Part shown: positions 63,010 through 64,000 of the stretch, piece after piece | Layout of the letters: each line of letters starts with the position of its first letter | How positions within the stretch are numbered: position 1 is the first letter of the stretch | Source: Octopus sinensis | Lineage: Eukaryota | Reading direction: 5' to 3' | DNA: 64,000 nucleotides | Assembly: GCF_006345805.1 (NCBI RefSeq) | Contig: NC_042997.1 | Coordinates: 202,616,001 to 202,680,000 of the forward strand | The notes under the pieces: generated by a model | Seen by the model: only the letters and a program-made list of their open reading frames with translations | What the model was told of the DNA's origin: nothing | The model's database searches: none | Program-made: the position numbers and the translations under genes

Positions 63010-63726
63010 ATCTTGGACACTTTGAAGATGCTTCCCATAACTAACAAGACAATTCTGCAAGAAAGTAAAATTTTACCTATGGTTTTAAAATGGGCTACTG
63101 AACTTAAATTGACGGCAGATCCCGAAATTGAAACAGAACAAAGCAATGATAATTCGTCACAAGCTGGCACTCCTTCATCAGTGGCAAGTCGAGATGAACG
63201 ACCACCGAAGAAGAAGGTTAAATTTGCTGACGAAACTAGTTCGGACAGTGAAATGTCAGAGTGTAGCCGGTTGAGCGGCATGATATATGTCAATGAACCT
63301 ACAACTAAAAATGGACTGAATGAAGTTGCCGACAGCTCTGATATGACATATACAGATTATTCTACCCCAGGAGGAAATTTGTACATAGACGATTTAGATG
63401 AAACCAGATCTTCTAAATCACCTTCTAGTGGAGTGCCTAAAAGTGGAATTCTTATTAAACCAGAACTGCAAAAAGAGTTATCAAGTGAATCTTCCTCTTC
63501 ACCTGTTGTTGACGACAAAATCCAGTCTAATGAGGCTGAATCTTCCTCTCCAGATATACTTGAGAAATCAACGAAAGAAAAGTCAGAAGACGATACTTTA
63601 ACAAAAGACGATGACAGCAGCAATGAGGTCAAGGTAGCAGCGGACGAGAAGAACTTTGATTCAAGCAAGTTGTCATCAGTGGTTTCTCTCGCCACTGACC
63701 TACTCAAGCACTGGAGTGATTTAAAG
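63010..63726 (+). CDS. SETD2: SETD2 exon (ILDTLKMLPITNKTILQESKILPMVLKW...LATDLLKHWSDLK); gene continues beyond window
   Basis: cttttgtAG acceptor and AAG|GTAACA donor; 717 nt open frame; ends like human LATSLLDSWKDLK (next exon expected to start EVYRIPK). Confidence 0.93.
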
Positions 63727-64000
63727 GTAACACTTTAAGTAAACATTTAAAAGAACTTGTTTTAATGTTACATCACAGGCATGGTTGTTTGGAGAAATAG
63801 ACATGGCTGTAGGCTGTATGGTTAAAAAGTTTGCTTCCTGACTAGTACATTGGGCAAGTGACTTCTACCACAACCTTGGGCCAATCAAAGCTTTGTCTGA
63901 AACTGAAAGAAGCCTATTGTGTATAGTTGTGTGTGCGTGTGTGTGCATGCACCTGTATATGTGTGTTGACGTTTGCACTCTATAAAAGTAGCTGACTGTG

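Overview
AT-rich animal genomic DNA; the SINE/RTE/Helitron repeat families look like those of Octopus (coleoid cephalopod), recognised from memory, not by search. The window holds most of one + strand gene, the H3K36 trimethyltransferase SETD2. It comprises a 6,765-nt internal exon encoding the disordered N-terminal region, then nine smaller exons for AWS, SET, post-SET and the following helical domain. The 5' exon(s) were not identified and the WW/SRI exons lie beyond the window. Introns carry a ~13.3-kb 24-bp satellite, mariner elements, a non-autonomous Helitron, piggyBac-like MITEs, many SINEs and long inverted repeats. The most striking accessory feature is a very young 782-bp retrozyme-like insertion (52419-53200). 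It has a 601-bp monomer, identical 181-bp terminal repeats and an intact type I hammerhead ribozyme in the sense strand of the SETD2 pre-mRNA. Also notable: the 6 nt encoding the conserved R-Y-G of the SETD2 autoinhibitory loop cannot be found, and there is a candidate in-frame acidic cassette exon. All exon calls are manual from splice signals and remembered homology.
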